Of a DNA stretch of 33,741 nucleotides, positions 1 through 9,917 are shown piece after piece. The notes below the pieces were generated by a model. It worked only from the letters and a program-made list of their open reading frames with translations, was not told the DNA's origin and made no database searches. Made by a program: the position numbers and the translations under genes. The first letter of the stretch is position 1; every line of letters starts with the position of its first letter. Source of the DNA: Chrysochromulina tobinii (Eukaryota); NCBI GenBank assembly GCA_001275005.1, contig JWZX01002434.1:1-33741 (forward strand). The letters run 5' to 3'.

Positions 1-169
1 CGGTGAAGTTCTTGAAGGGGCCGACGACGCGACGGCCGCTGTAGCTCTTGAAGTTGTACATCTCCAGCCGCACGATGCGGCCGGAGGAACGCGTGCCAAG
101 GGTAGATGATGCGCCGGCCGACGCGCCGGCCGACAGGCGCGTGGACAGGCTCGCGCGGTCCGCTGGCAT
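1..169 (-). CDS. SMC1: SMC1 cohesin subunit, 5' end (truncated by the window edge)
   Basis: Manual translation from ATG 169 gives MPADRASL...GRIVRLEMYNFKSYSGRRVVGPFKNFT, matching the SMC1 N-terminal NFKSY-x-G-xxx-I/VGPF motif just before Walker A. Not in the ORF track. Confidence 0.88.
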   Translation of the reverse strand, partial: MPADRASLSTRLSAGASAGASSTLGTRSSGRIVRLEMYNFKSYSGRRVVGPFKNFT

Positions 170-446
170 TTCTTCGCTCTCCCGCTTCGCGCGACTCAAG
201 ACGGGGCGCGCGCGCGCTGCGTGAGTTGGCGTTCGCGCCGAGCGAGCCGGCGGCATGCGCTGAGAAGCCTAATTTGGCAGCTGATCGCGCTCGCATGCGC
301 CCCTGCTGGCGTAAAACCCGGTGCCTGTGAACAGTGCCATGATCCGCACGGCTGCCCCTTCAAAACAGGCAGCGCGTTCTTTCTGAGTTCTTTATTGGCT
401 AAGCCCGTTCACAGCGAATGGGCGGGGGAGCAGGTCGCCCGCCGCC

Positions 447-3400
447 ATGGAGTTCGAAGCCATGAAGCAGGGGCTCGAAGCTGCTTCCAATGCGGCGCAG
501 CTTTGCGTTTTGCTTCTGCGGCTACGAGACACGCCATGCAACGGAAAGCTTCGCCAGATCTCGGATAGCGGCCTTGGCAAGGCAGTAAAGCGGTTGACTA
601 ACCATGGTGACGCGGAGGTCGCAGAGGCTGCACAAGCGGTGGTCCGAGGGTGGACGGACCTCTTAGCCGCTGCGAAGCAAGCCAAAGAGAGTGCAAGCGC
701 CTCCGATGCCGTTGGCATAGTTCCCAGTAGCAGCATGGACAGCGCCACCACCGTTGCACCAGGCGCTCGATTAGCACCAGCAGCAAACAGCAGCAAGCAG
801 AGGATGGGCTCAACGCCTCTGGTACAGGCGTCATCTTCGATGGCGGTCCTGCCACCGCTCCTCCCGATGGCACCGGGCGAGTACAAGGATTACACCATGG
901 ACACGAGAGCAGCCGGGCGCGTGCTCGTCAAGCCCGACGCGGTGCAGAGGCCCTTTTGGGTGCTGCCCGACAACCGCATCATCCTCGAGTCGCACTCGCC
1001 AGTGTACGCCGAGGCCGAAGCGTTGCTGATCGCCATCGCCGAGCCCGTGTCGCGCACGCGCTTCTTGCACGAGTACCAGCTCACCGACTACTCGCTGTAC
1101 GCGGGCGCGTCGATGGGGCTGAAGACGAGTGAGATACTCGAAGCGATGGCACGCTTCTCCAAGACGGAGCTGCCGCCCAAGGTGCGCCAGTACATCCACA
1201 ACGAGACGTCGCGTTATGGCAAGGTCAAACTGGTGATGCGTGCGGAGCGACTCTTCATCGAGTGCTGCGGCAAGCCGGAGGTCCTCGCCGAGCTGCTGCG
1301 CGATCCGGAGCTCGAGCAATGGCGGCCGCTCGCGCGCCTCAAGCCGTTCCAGCTGCGCGTGACAGGCACCCGGGGTAAGAAGCTCGTGGGCAGCGTACGC
1401 TTCCTGCCCGCAGAGTGCATCTGTGCCTTTGACGCCTATCGGCGTGTCGAGATGCGCTACGGGAGCATGTCAGGGCTGCGCCCCGCGCCGCGTGACCTGA
1501 GCCGCGAGGCTCCTGAAGCGGCTCGGTGCGACCTGCGCTTTCGGCTCGCCTTCGCAACGGAGGAGGATGTCAAGCGATTCCACACCACGCTCGCCCTAGA
1601 CTATGTGGAGGGCAATCCTGCGTACAACTGGCGCAACCCCGACCACGAGCTCATGTTCTGCTTTGCCTCTGAAGCCGACCGGCGCCGCTTTTGGCTGACG
1701 GCGCTGCCCCGGCTGCGTGCCCAGGCGCAGCTCTCGCCCTCGGAGCACAAGGCGCTCGACGAGGCGCTCGGCCCGCCCCCCACTGGAGCTGTGCGCCTCG
1801 GCGTCGACGGCACGGGGGCGGGGGACAGCGCCCCTCGGGAGGCAGCGGACGCTGCAGACGTGGAGGCCCTCCGGCGTGCCGAGGACGTCGACGATGCCAG
1901 CGAGGCGCGCATCGAAGAGTTTGAGGTCGACCCGAGCAGGGTGAAGGAGGTCAAGGCGCGCTGCCGCCAGATCCGGTGGCCGCTCCTCGAGGAGTACGAC
2001 TTCCGAAACGACACGGAGAATCCGGAGCTGCCGATCGAGCTCAAGCCCGACTCGAAGATTCGTGACTATCAGGAGCAGGCGCTCAAGCGTTGTTTCGGCA
2101 ACCACCGGGCACGCTCGGGCATCATCGTGCTCCCCTGTGGCGCGGGCAAGACTCTCGTGGGCATCGTGGCGGCGTGCACGGTCAAGCGGAGCACGCTGGT
2201 GCTGTGCAACTCATCCGTCTCGGTAGAGCAGTGGTACCAGCAGTTCCTCATGTGGGCACAGATCGACAAGGATCGCGTGACGCGCTTCATCGCTGGCTCC
2301 AAGGAGCCGCTGCACAAGGATGCGTGTGTCCTCGTCTCCACGTACAACATGATTGGGTACACGGGCCGGCGCTCCGCCGAGGCGCGTGCCATCATGGAGG
2401 ACGTCTCGGACCGCGAGTGGGGCCTCGTCATCCTCGATGAGGTGCACGTCGCCCCGGCGGACACGTTCCTCACGTGCATGACGACCCGCACGCGCTCGCG
2501 CTGCAAGCTCGGGCTCACGGCGACGCTCGTGCGCGAGGACGGCAAGATCGATGTGCTCAACGCCCAAATCGGCCCCAAGCTGTACGAAGCCAACTGGCTC
2601 GATCTGCAGCAGCGCGGCTTCATCGCGACCGTCTCGTGCGCCGAGGTGTGGTGCGAGATGACGCCCGAGTTCTATCGCGAGTACCTGCGTGCGAGCACGC
2701 CGATGCAGCGGGTGCTGTACGCGCTCAACCCGAACAAGTTCCGCTCGTGTGAGTACCTGATGCGCTTCCATGAGAGGCGCGGCGACAAGGTGATCATCTT
2801 CTCCGACAACGTCTTTGCGCTGCGCGAGTACGCCAAGAAGCTGCAGCGCCCGCACATCGATGGCGACGTGGGCCAGAATGAGCGCATGGCGGTGCTGCAG
2901 CAGTTCAAGACGGGCGGACGCTACTCGACGGTCATCATCTCGAAGGTGGGCGACACCTCCATCGACCTGCCGGAAGCAAACGTGATCATCCAGATCGCGT
3001 CGCATTTCGGGGCTCGGCGGCAGGAGGCCCAGCGGCTGGGCCGAATCCTGCGCCCCAAGGCGCGTACGGGCCAGGAGTTCAACGCCTTTTTCTACACGCT
3101 CATCTCGCGAGATACGCAGGAGATGTACTACTCGGGCAAGCGGCAGCAGTTCCTCGTCGACCAGGGGTATGCCTTCAAGGTCATACCGCAGCTCGATCTC
3201 GATGCGGAGGAGGGGCTCGCGTACGGCACGAAGAAAGAGCAGCGCGATCTACTGAGCTACGTCATCTCCACTAACGAGACCGAGTTGCGCGGCGCCGACG
3301 AGCGCGAGGACGCCGAGATCTCACGCTCCACTGGGGCCGAGGACGGTGGTGTGAGCGGCGGCGGAATCACACGAAAGCGCGGCTCGATGGCCGAGCTCTC

Positions 3401-3530
3401 CGGCGCGGGCTCGATAGTCTACACCGAGGTGGCGCAGCCAGCCGCGCAACGGCTTCGGAGCGAGTACCAGAAGCGGCAACAAGCGAACGCGAAGGCGCGC
3501 GCAGCGCAGAGCGTGCAGGCGCAGAAATGA
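447..3530 (+). CDS. XPB: TFIIH XPB/Ssl2 DNA translocase with an extra N-terminal TFIIS-N-like domain and an internal insertion
   Basis: Intronless 1027-aa ORF. Contains the XPB N-terminal domain (LIAIAEPVSR..LHEYQLTDYSLYAGASMGL), IRDYQ, SGIIVLPCGAGKT, DEVH, TATLVRED (RED motif) and QEAQRLGRILRPK. Confidence 0.97.
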   Translation: MEFEAMKQGLEAASNAAQLCVLLLRLRDTPCNGKLRQISDSGLGKAVKRLTNHGDAEVAEAAQAVVRGWTDLLAAAKQAKESASASDAVGIVPSSSMDSATTVAPGARLAPAANSSKQRMGSTPLVQASSSMAVLPPLLPMAPGEYKDYTMDTRAAGRVLVKPDAVQRPFWVLPDNRIILESHSPVYAEAEALLIAIAEPVSRTRFLHEYQLTDYSLYAGASMGLKTSEILEAMARFSKTELPPKVRQYIHNETSRYGKVKLVMRAERLFIECCGKPEVLAELLRDPELEQWRPLARLKPFQLRVTGTRGKKLVGSVRFLPAECICAFDAYRRVEMRYGSMSGLRPAPRDLSREAPEAARCDLRFRLAFATEEDVKRFHTTLALDYVEGNPAYNWRNPDHELMFCFASEADRRRFWLTALPRLRAQAQLSPSEHKALDEALGPPPTGAVRLGVDGTGAGDSAPREAADAADVEALRRAEDVDDASEARIEEFEVDPSRVKEVKARCRQIRWPLLEEYDFRNDTENPELPIELKPDSKIRDYQEQALKRCFGNHRARSGIIVLPCGAGKTLVGIVAACTVKRSTLVLCNSSVSVEQWYQQFLMWAQIDKDRVTRFIAGSKEPLHKDACVLVSTYNMIGYTGRRSAEARAIMEDVSDREWGLVILDEVHVAPADTFLTCMTTRTRSRCKLGLTATLVREDGKIDVLNAQIGPKLYEANWLDLQQRGFIATVSCAEVWCEMTPEFYREYLRASTPMQRVLYALNPNKFRSCEYLMRFHERRGDKVIIFSDNVFALREYAKKLQRPHIDGDVGQNERMAVLQQFKTGGRYSTVIISKVGDTSIDLPEANVIIQIASHFGARRQEAQRLGRILRPKARTGQEFNAFFYTLISRDTQEMYYSGKRQQFLVDQGYAFKVIPQLDLDAEEGLAYGTKKEQRDLLSYVISTNETELRGADEREDAEISRSTGAEDGGVSGGGITRKRGSMAELSGAGSIVYTEVAQPAAQRLRSEYQKRQQANAKARAAQSVQAQK

Positions 3531-4179
3531 GACGACTTCAACGATCAGCTGCGACAAGAGTACGCCCTAAGAGCGAGTGCAGAGTCCACGGTCCAAGCCG
3601 GGCTCCGCGGCTCGGGGTGTCGGTACCGCTACCGGCTCTCGTCGTCGTCTCGTACCGAGTACGGTGACTGTGCTCTGTGCTCTGTGGCTGGTTGTGCGTG
3701 TTGTCGTACGATTGTCGATTCGTTTCATCCCGCTCGCGTCCATTTCGTTATTCGCTTACGCGTTCGCGTATCCGTATGGCTGAAATATGAAATTGAAATG
3801 TACGATCTACGTGAGGATTTCAGGGCACAGGGGTCGCGCTAACACGACGAACGACATCGACAAAGCACGCGACACCCTAACCCCCCGATACACGCACAGA
3901 CCTACCAGCCAGACTGCCCGGGCTCATTGTAGTAGCCTATCGGAGCGGGTGTCTGACACACATCCCGTCACCCCAGAGCCCAGCGTCACGACCCCCCCCC
4001 GCCCCTCCCTTCCCTCTCCTCCTCACCAACCGCTGGTCGAGATCATGCGCGCCAGTTGGGTAGGATATCTCAACCTCGACACGCCAACCCCAACACGGCC
4101 CACCGTTGGAGGCGTCGCGTGGGCGGGTGATTCATGCACACTGCCAGCACAGATCGTGGAGCATCTGAGCGTTACTGGC

Positions 4180-5073
4180 CTAGAGCTCGTCACGCAGACG
4201 CAGAAGAGCCGTGTTCGACGCCACGGTGACCGTCGTGTTTCGGGGCACGCCGCAGCACTGGGCCTGCGTCCACGCCTGGTGAATGTCGTCGCATGTGTAC
4301 GAATTGATCACATTGCGGGTGTTGTCGAAGATAGCATCGTCGAAGCAGACAATCATAAAACGCGTGTCCATAACCTGCTGGAAGTGCGGCGTCTGTGCTG
4401 CTGAGACCCCAAACTGGTTGGTTCCCGGGAAGTTGGTGTCAGTGCCGGCCATCAGACACCAGTTGTCCATGATGATGAGCTGCTCCGGTGTCCACTGCGT
4501 GAAGGCCGCAACAGCACGGCCGTCGCCGTCAGCATCGAACGGGTCTGACACACGATGGTAGTTGAGGACGCAGTTCTTGCGGAACACGTTGAAGCGGTCC
4601 TTGACAGTAAGATCGATGATGCACACGCGGTTGGCGGGGGCACCCTGGCCAGGGACCATGTGACCGTTGGGAAAGTCGGAGCGCTCGACAACGGCGATCT
4701 TGGTCGACGAGCCAGGCAGTGGCGACGCGTCCGCGATCGCACCGCCACCCGTCTCAAACTTGTAAAAGCCCCAGAACGAGTCGAAGGCCAGCGGCTGCGC
4801 CCGCACCTTGTACACACGGATGCCTGGCTCGTTGCGGTTGGCGAGGACCGAGCCCGCGTTGCGCTCGACAAAGGCCGCGACGAAGCCATCTGCCATCATC
4901 ACAAGACCCTCATAGCCACCCGATGTTCCGTGGCGCACGTAGTTGGTCGCGTCGACAACAGCGTCGGTCGAGATGCCGCACGTGTTCGCCTGCAGGGCCG
5001 CGATGGTGCAGTGCACCTTGTCGCTTCGGCTCGAGAGGAAGCGGCCGTTGAAGTTGCCAGACGAGTCGATGTC
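4180..5073 (-). CDS. Esterase-like activity of phytase family protein, C-terminal part (ends in RDEL)
   Basis: Motifs SGGYEGL, AIAD, IAVVERSD, V-x-DP and TPEQL...GTDTNFP match the C-terminal half of the PF13449-type family. The N-terminal half lies in the adjacent inverted segment. Confidence 0.8.
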   Translation of the reverse strand, partial: DIDSSGNFNGRFLSSRSDKVHCTIAALQANTCGISTDAVVDATNYVRHGTSGGYEGLVMMADGFVAAFVERNAGSVLANRNEPGIRVYKVRAQPLAFDSFWGFYKFETGGGAIADASPLPGSSTKIAVVERSDFPNGHMVPGQGAPANRVCIIDLTVKDRFNVFRKNCVLNYHRVSDPFDADGDGRAVAAFTQWTPEQLIIMDNWCLMAGTDTNFPGTNQFGVSAAQTPHFQQVMDTRFMIVCFDDAIFDNTRNVINSYTCDDIHQAWTQAQCCGVPRNTTVTVASNTALLRLRDEL

Positions 5074-5802
5074 CATTCATCCCGCCCGTGCTCGCCAACC
5101 ACACGTCCGGCATGGCAAAGACGTCGAACGTCACGTGCACCACGGCCACGACGGGCACCCGGAGCAGCAATGACCCATGGTGCGACATGGCGTTCGGCCC
5201 ATGGAACTACGTGCCATCGGTCGGTTTCTCGGACATCGAGCCTCGCATGGACGCCACCGGCAAGCGCATCACGGGTGAGTTCATCTGCACGACTGACAAC
5301 GGCTTCGGCAACTCGGCAAACTCATGGGACTACCCGCTCCACCTGCACCACATGCGCATCCAGAAGCCGTTCACCTTCCGCCACGGCGGCTCCACATTCC
5401 CAACGTACACGGAGACCACGAGCCTTGGCGTTGTCCTGCTCCGTGATCCGAACAACTTGGTCCGCTGGGAGAACGGCGCCGACATCCAGGTGACGTATGC
5501 CATCCCGGACGCGACTTGGAACGATTGGAAGAGCATGCGCGTGCTGACTGGCCGTGACTTTGACATCGAGGGCCTCGCGGTGCGCGACGCCAACTATGGT
5601 GAGCGCTCGCCCCGCACACTCTGGCCCACGCCTTCTCCACAACACAGAGTGCACCGGTCACATCACCTTGCTCACACGAGCTGACTGCCATGGATCCGAA
5701 CGCCGTTCGTGCGCAGCCATCGCTGGCGAGGAGCTGATGCCAGCGCTCTTTGCAGTCAACCCCACGACGGGTGTCGTGCTGAGCAACTTCGTGCGCACGC
5801 CC
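5074..5802 (+). CDS. Inverted middle segment of the same phytase-like gene (contains intron 5599-5716)
   Basis: Encodes (A)FIPPVLANHTSG...VGFSDI...TDNGFGNSANSWDYPL...LRDPN...RVLTGRDFDIEGL, then a GTGAG...GCAG intron, then AIAGEELMPALF...FVRTP. These are the N-terminal family motifs, on the opposite strand to the rest of the gene. Confidence 0.8.
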
Positions 5803-5954
5803 CATTCGGGAAGTTGAGCAGGCCGACCTGTGGGCAAACAAGTGACGGTCACCACAGCTCCAACAGCATGGAGGGCGTTCGGATGTACCAGGTAGTGTGC
5901 GGGATAGTCTTGGATTTGTTGAGAGAGGGTGAGTGTTGCGAGAAGAGCGATCAT
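5803..5954 (-). CDS. Leader exons of the phytase-like gene (signal peptide; intron 5888-5828)
   Basis: ATG 5954 gives MIALLATLTLSQQIQDYPAHYL, then a 61-nt GTACAT...TTGCCCACAG intron, then VGLLNFPN, which joins in frame to 5074 once the inversion is undone. Confidence 0.72.
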
Positions 5955-6489
5955 GCGCTCCGCGATCCTGTCGAGACGCAAAATGGAACGAGCGATCGCC
6001 CATAGAAAGTTATGATAGCAATGGCAAGCAGGCAATCATGATAGCAGACGATCTGAGCGACGCAGAACTGGAAAATCGGCAGACTGCGCACTGAAATGAA
6101 AAGTCGGCCGATCACTGAAGAGTCGGCCCGCCGGACCGTCGGCGATGGCGAACTCCCGACGGTGGTCTCAAAGTTGCCAAAGAAGGCAAAGACGAACCAC
6201 AACTCTTCTCGATGGGACACGCGTGACCAGAAATAGACAAACTTTCAAATCCCCATTAAATCGTCCACGACGAACACGTAAAATCCCGAGCGCCTGTCGG
6301 TTCTTGCACTGCCGAGACTGAAGCAGCCAACCCGCCACAGCGAGACAGGGAGCACAGCCACAGCGCCCTCCGCGCGGCTGCCGCGGCCACGCGGTCTCGA
6401 CTCATCCTCAACGACCGGATACCTAGCGATACACACGCACTTCCCTTTCCCGTACCCCCGGGCCGAAGTCCTATGAACTGATATGGCGC

Positions 6490-9154
6490 TCAAGCGATTG
6501 GTAGCACAGCCGTCTCGAGCTCCGCGTCGTCCTCGACTGCGATCGAAGTGTGCGCGGCCATCCGGTTCACGTGCGCCTCGGCCGCTGCTGCGAGCGCCTC
6601 CACATCCGGGTTAGCGCTCGTGGCGCACTTTGGCAAGCACGCCGAGGTGCACCCCCGGTAGCAGCTCGCCTCCGCCGCCGAGTGGCAACGCGCGAGGCAG
6701 TCGCGTGCGCAGCCGAGCGCGCAGCGCACGGGCAGCTGCGCGGTCGGTGCCGCGTGCTCCGCGCACTCGGGACCGCCAAACTCGGGGTAGCAGAGGCACT
6801 CGCCATCGCGGCACCAGCCGTTGCCCGAGCATGAGCTCGGACACGTGCGCACTGCGCAGTCGATGCCGCCATAGCCCGGACGGCACCAGCACGTGCCGTT
6901 GAGGCACGCGCCATGCCCCGAGCAGTTGCCGAGGCACTGCGGCACCGAGCAGTCGCGGCCTCCCCAGTCAGGCGCGCACTCACACCGGCCGGCCTTGCAC
7001 GCGCCGTGCCCGTTGCACTCGTTCGGGCAGGTGGGGAGCTTGCAGTCATAGCCCGTCCAGCCGGCGTCACACTCGCAGCTCAGGCCGACGCACTTGCCAT
7101 TTGGAGCGCAGTCACTGCGCGCGCAAAAAGGGGAAAGGGTCATAAGTGGGCAAAGGGTCACCGGCCGTCCGAAGCAGAGCATGCAAGTGCAGCTGCATGG
7201 TTCGAGAAGATCGGGGGCGTGTGCGCACTCGGGGCATGCCGCAGCGGAGCAGTCGCTGCCCACCCAGCCCGGTTGGCAGTAGCAGGTGCCGTTGTGGCAG
7301 TAGCCGTGGTCGGCGCAGCCGCGCGCACACGTGCGGAACGAGCAGTCGACGCCCGACCAACCAGCCTCGCATGCGCACGTGAGCGCCTCGTCGCAGCGCC
7401 CGTGGCCCGAGCAGCCGTTGGGGCACGTGCGCTGCTCGCACGCATGCCCAGTGTAGCCGGCGGCACACACGCACATGCCATTGGAGCAGCGGCCGTGACC
7501 ACTGCAGTCTGAGGGGCACGTCTTGAGGTCGCACTGCCGGCCCGTCCAGCCAGGCTTGCACGCGCACGTGCCGTTGTAGCAGTGCTCGTTGAGGGCGCAG
7601 CCGTGCGCGCAGGCGAGCAGCGAGCAGTCAGGGCCGGTGTATCCCGTGTCGCAAGCGCATGTCCAGTCGCGGCATTGGCCGCGGCCGGAGCACTCGTTGG
7701 GGCAGGTGGGCACCGCGCAGTCGAGGCCGGTGTAGCCCGCCTCACAGTAGCACGACGCATTCACTGGGTCGCGGCGAACGGACAGGGCACGTGCAGCGCG
7801 TCAGCGAGCTGTGTGGGCACGCAGAGAGGGCAGCAGACGGGCGTGCATGCGCATGCGTGAGGGGCAAGGTCGCACCGCAGAGGCCGTGGCCGGAGCACCC
7901 TGCAGGGCAGGCACGCTGCGAGCAGTCGTCGCCCGACCAGCCCGCCTGGCAGATGCACTTGGTGTCCACGCAGTGGCCCGCGCCCGAGCATTCGTTGGGG
8001 CAGGTGGCGATGGAGCAGTCGGCGCCTCGCCACGACGGCTGGCAGACGCACGTGCCATTCTGCGTGTAACACGCACAGCGTCATTCACAGTGTCATTCAC
8101 AGTTTCAGCTCGAGCGAGGGCAGCGGGCGCGCGCGGCTCGGCGCGCTGTTCAAGCGCGCGCACACACCTGGCAGTAGCCGTGGTGCGAGCAGTCCTCGGG
8201 GCAGGTGACCACCTCGCACGCGTCACCCGTGAAGCCATCGGCACAGTAGCACGTGCCATTGAGGCAAAAGCCCTTGTACGAGCAGTCGCTCGGGCACGCG
8301 CGCATGGAGCAGTCCTCGCCGGCCCAGCCGGCCGCGCATTCGCACACCTTGCGCGTGTTGCACTCACCGTGGCCCGAGCACACGAGCCGTTCGTCGCCTT
8401 TGACGATGACGCCCGGACACACCTTCTCGGAGCAGTCCACGCCACTGTAACCCGCGGAGCACACGCACATGCCGTCCACGCACGAGCCGTGGTATGAGCA
8501 GGCGTTTGGGCACGTACGTGTGCCACACTCGGCGCCACGCCAGCCGGGCGCGCAGTAGCAAGTGCCATTGTAGCACGTGCCGTGCGACGAGCAGTCGGAT
8601 GGGCACGCGAGCGTCGCACAGTCGAAGCCGGTGAAGCCCGCGTCGCACGTGCATTTGAAGCTCGAGGAGCACGCTCCATGGCCTGAGCAGTCGCTCGGGC
8701 ACGCGCGTGTGGCGCACGACTCGCCCTTCCAGCCCGGACGGCACGCGCACTTGCCGGCCTTGCAAACGCCGTGGTAGTTGCACTCATCCGGGCAAGAGCG
8801 CACGGCGCAATCAGCACCGCGCCACCCAGGGTGGCAGTGGCACGTGGCATTGTAACAGAAGCCGTTGTTGCTGCAGTCGCTCGGGCAGACGCGCAACGAG
8901 CAATCGTAGTAGGTGAAGCCCGGAGCGCACTTGCACACGCCGTGCTCGCACACGCCATGCCCAGAGCACAGGTGAGGGCACTCGCTGCTCGACAAGTCAG
9001 GCGAGGAGTGCACGGCGACAGGCATGTCGAGAATGCCGTACGGGGCCTCGCTCGGCTGCGACACGGTTCTCGCAGGCAGCACCATAGTCATTAGGTAGAG
9101 TAGAGAGACGAATCGTGGGCATGTCCCAGTCGTTTGGATCGCCACCATATCCAT
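6490..9154 (-). CDS. Secreted tenascin-type EGF repeat protein (20 repeats)
   Basis: 20 CPxxCSxxGxCxxGxCxCxxGWxGxDC units after removing GT-AG introns 8167-8060, 7875-7764 and 7228-7115 (the last is in-frame and read through in the ORF track). Hydrophobic N-terminus and a C-terminal CxxxCxxxCxxxC helical Cys motif. Exact start ATG uncertain. Confidence 0.9.
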
Positions 9155-9204
9155 GGAGACGAGAGGTTCAGGTGATGCCCAGCTTGGCGTTTTGACGAAT
9201 CCTC

Positions 9205-9917
9205 ATGTCGACTTCAATGAGCGAACCCGCCATACTTCCGGATGCGTTCGCCACGCTGCCATCGCAGCGTGCAGCGCGCCTGCACGAAGTGGCGACGCGT
9301 GCACTCACCGACACGCTCGCCGCCGGCTGCTCGGGCGACGAGTTCGTCCTCGGCTTCACCGGGGTCGACGACGAGGAGACGCGTTTACTCCTCCTGAACA
9401 TGCGCGAGCAGACGCAGGCCGCCCTGCGCGACAACGTGCTGGTGCGTGCTGGTGGTGCTCACGCCAGCCACGCCACATCCCACTGAAAGGCAGTGCAGCA
9501 CGGCCGCCGCGTTCTCTCGCGCGCTCACTCTAACACGCATCGTACCTCTCCGACTGTCGCATGCAGGCGGAATTTGAGGTGCTCTTCAACGAAACGGGGG
9601 CGATCAAAAGCCTTGAGGCGCTCGATGCTCTGCTCGCACGGCAGCCCGAGCTGGCTGATGGCTCGCGCGTTCCTTTGACCTCGGTCACCGAGGCCAAGGA
9701 CATGATCGCCACCGCCACGCTGCCAGCAAAGCAGCAGCACAAGCTCGCGCTGCAGCAAGCGATTCGTCAGGTGGAGGCAGAGAATCAGTCGCTGCAGCAG
9801 CAATATATGGCGGCGCAGCCAGCGCTTGCGGCGGCATCCGAAGAGATCCAGGCGTGCAAGGCGCTCATCGAGAAGACAGCCATGACCTGCGAACGGTGGC
9901 GGGCAACGAACGCGTGA
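9205..9917 (+). CDS. NNF1: Kinetochore Mis12-complex subunit Nnf1/PMF1-like
   Basis: Exons 9205-9441 and 9567-9917 (intron GTGCGT...ATGCAG). RAARLHEVATRALTDTL..CS..EF...LRDNVL|AEFEVLFNETGAIKSLEALDALL plus a C-terminal coiled coil fits the Nnf1 pattern. Confidence 0.72.

Noticed and set aside
3787..4404. 205-aa plus-strand ORF and similar long overlapping ORFs (4555-5493, 12331-13152, 30863-32308, 31525-32880)
   Set aside because: Antisense or off-frame shadows of GC-rich coding genes, with no motifs.
5073..5807. CCATTC at both inversion ends read as a transposon TSD or recombinase inverted repeats
   Set aside because: The copies are direct, not inverted, and are explained as the two halves of a split palindrome. 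There are no TIRs, transposase or recombinase in the window.
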